From Acidimicrobiaceae bacterium (lineage in GTDB: Bacteria > Actinomycetota > Acidimicrobiia > Acidimicrobiales > RAAP-2), in assembly GCA_003169675.1 (NCBI GenBank), contig PNAT01000179.1, positions 3,759 to 67,758 of the forward strand: a stretch of 64,000 nt of DNA, written 5' to 3'. Numbering within the stretch: position 1 is the first letter of the stretch; each line of letters opens with the position of its first letter. Shown in pieces: positions 62,402-64,000 of the stretch. The position numbers were made by a program, and so were the translations under genes. The notes below the pieces were generated by a model. The model was not told the DNA's origin. It ran no database searches and saw only the letters and a program-made list of their open reading frames with translations.

Positions 62402-64000
62402 CTACGGGTGGATAAAGGCCGTGGTGGAACTCGAGGTGGTCGTGGACGAGGACGGGGACGACGACGTCGTCGTGGAGGGCGACGTCGTCGTAGCGTCGGA
62501 CTGGCTGCACACCGTTACATTCACCGTGCTGCCACTGGACACCTGCGTGCCGGCGCTTGGGGTCTGACCGTCGACATTCCCCGGGCCCACTGTGCCGCCG
62601 GCGCAGCTGATGTCCTGGGTGAAGACCGGCACGAGATTGGCCGCCATGATCTGTGAATTGGCCTGGTTCTGGGACTCCCCGAGCACCATGGGAACCGACA
62701 CGCACGGACCGGTTGATATCACCAGGCTGACCGCCGTTTTCGGCGGCTCCGCTGTACCGGCGGCCGGACTCTGTGATGCCACCAGACCGTTCCCGAAATT
62801 CGATGAACACACCGAGGTCTGGGTGCCCACTGTCAGGTTGGCCGCCGTCAAGAGGCCGCCTGCACTAGCGGGCGAATTGCCCAACACGTTCGGCACCGTC
62901 ACCGAAGTCTGGTGGCCCGACACGGTCAGCTGAATCATCGCGGTCGACTTCACCTTCGTATTGCCGGCGGGGTTCTGGGACAGCACGGTCCCGGTGGGCT
63001 TGTCGCTGGTCACGTAATTCGTCTTGAAGGCCAGGCCCTGATTGGTCAATATCTGCGTGGCTTGGGTGAAATCATCCCCCACGACCGATTGGACGGTCAC
63101 GAACGTCACATGGGGGCCGTTGCTGACGATCAGGGTGACACTGGTGTTCTTGGGCACACTGGCGCCGGCCGCCGGATCAGTGGAGATGACCTGGCCCTTG
63201 GAGGCGGTGCTGGTCCGCTGGATGGTGCTGCCCACCGTCAAGTGGTCGTTGCGCAATGCCTGGGTGGCCGCCTGTGCCGTCTCCCCCGCCACGTTGGGCA
63301 CGGTCACTGATCCGCTGAAGACACCCAGGGACTGCAGGAGGAAATAGGCGATGACGGCGAGCGCCACGAGAAGCGCCACGAGGATGAAGATCAGGCGGCG
63401 CGTCCGCTCCTGGCGCTGCACCTCGGACATGGTGGCGCTGAGCGGCACCCCTCCCACCGGGACAGCCCGGGTCTGGCCGGTCACCAGGACGGTGCTGGTG
63501 GCACCCACCGCCGACACCACTTGGGTGACGCCGTGGTCACCGGCCTCGACCGGACGGCCTTCGGCAAAACGGAGGAGGTCGGCCCGGAACTCCTCTGCCG
63601 AGCTGTAACGGTCGTCAGGGTTCTTGGCCATAGCCTTCATGACGACTGCTTCGAGGGCAACCGGTATGGCCGGATTGACCTCTCGAGGCAGCACGGGATG
63701 CTCCCGCACGTGCTTGGAGGCCACCGCTACCGGCGAGTCTCCGGTGAAGGGTGGCTTGCCGGTCGACATTTCGTAGAGCACGACGCCGAGGGAGTAGATG
63801 TCGCTGCGGGCATCGACACCGTGGCCTTCGGCTTGCTCGGGTGAGAAGTAGGCCGCCGTGCCCATGACGGCGCCCGTCTGCGTGAGGCTCTCCTCGGTGT
63901 TCATGGCCCGGGCGATGCCGAAATCGGTGACCATCACCTGCCCGTCCGACGTGATCAGCACGTTTCCGGGCTTCACGTCACGGTGCACGACCCCGTGGCG
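62402..64000 (-). CDS. pknB: Ser/Thr protein kinase PknB with four PASTA repeats (N-terminus beyond window edge)
   Basis: HRDVKPGNVLI, DFGIA and YFSPEQA kinase motifs. A TM segment follows, then four repeats of about 65 aa of the PASTA type (VPNV.G....A...L). Ser/Thr-rich tail. Confidence 0.9.
   Translation of the reverse strand, partial: RHGVVHRDVKPGNVLITSDGQVMVTDFGIARAMNTEESLTQTGAVMGTAAYFSPEQAEGHGVDARSDIYSLGVVLYEMSTGKPPFTGDSPVAVASKHVREHPVLPREVNPAIPVALEAVVMKAMAKNPDDRYSSAEEFRADLLRFAEGRPVEAGDHGVTQVVSAVGATSTVLVTGQTRAVPVGGVPLSATMSEVQRQERTRRLIFILVALLVALAVIAYFLLQSLGVFSGSVTVPNVAGETAQAATQALRNDHLTVGSTIQRTSTASKGQVISTDPAAGASVPKNTSVTLIVSNGPHVTFVTVQSVVGDDFTQATQILTNQGLAFKTNYVTSDKPTGTVLSQNPAGNTKVKSTAMIQLTVSGHQTSVTVPNVLGNSPASAGGLLTAANLTVGTQTSVCSSNFGNGLVASQSPAAGTAEPPKTAVSLVISTGPCVSVPMVLGESQNQANSQIMAANLVPVFTQDISCAGGTVGPGNVDGQTPSAGTQVSSGSTVNVTVCSQSDATTTSPSTTTSSSPSSSTTTSSSTTAFIHP

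Noticed and set aside
1-64000. Search for CRISPR arrays, rRNA genes and long tandem repeats
   Set aside because: By eye I saw no regularly spaced 25-40-nt direct repeats, no rRNA-like segments and no long tandem arrays. The only repeat families are the 12-nt iterons and the inverted termini of the 2-kb element.

Overview
This is a high-GC actinobacterial window. Positions ~55.8-64 kb are conserved chromosome: tRNA-Ile, aldo/keto reductase, pirin, SDR, ComF-like PRTase, hotdog thioesterase, thiolase, then the crgA / glutamine-amidotransferase / pknB synteny, with pknB running off the right edge. Positions 1 to ~55.7 kb read as one large integrative conjugative element (ICE) whose left end lies outside the window. 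Its backbone comprises an actinobacterial-type T4SS block (VirB6/TrbL-like, VirB4-like ATPase, transglycosylase+NlpC/P60 hydrolase, VirD4 coupling protein). It also carries a 1142-aa MOBF TrwC/TraA-type relaxase-helicase, SSB, ArdC, a complete Tad/Flp pilus operon, an RHH regulator, an excisionase-like gene and a tyrosine integrase abutting tRNA-Ile. A 12-nt iteron (AGGGTGACGTTC) sits in tandem upstream of the relaxase gene, the Tad operon and the xis operon, which ties these modules together. The cargo is a stack of defence-like modules. (1) A BREX type-1-like operon (HTH-brxA-brxB-brxC-pglX-pglZ) whose last gene is a BrxL-type AAA+ ATPase with a Hanks-type Ser/Thr kinase domain where the Lon-like protease domain normally is. 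I consider this the most novel item in the window. (2) A membrane-anchored Mrr-like nuclease convergent on the BREX operon. (3) A TIR-like plus Rx4H (HEPN-like) two-gene cassette. (4) A tightly overlapping five-gene operon: wHTH, unknown, PIN, 69-aa ORF, SIR2-like. Two secondary mobile events are visible. A ~2.0-kb element with terminal inverted repeats and no transposase carries a tRNA(UUG)-like gene and splits a decayed tyrosine-recombinase gene. A three-gene recombinase module (Tyr recombinase, XRE HTH, Zn-ribbon recombinase-like) is inserted antisense inside the Tad operon. No rRNA genes or CRISPR arrays were seen. All homology statements rest on motif recognition by eye, because no searches could be run. 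Many long ORFs in the track are antisense artefacts of high-GC DNA and were discarded.
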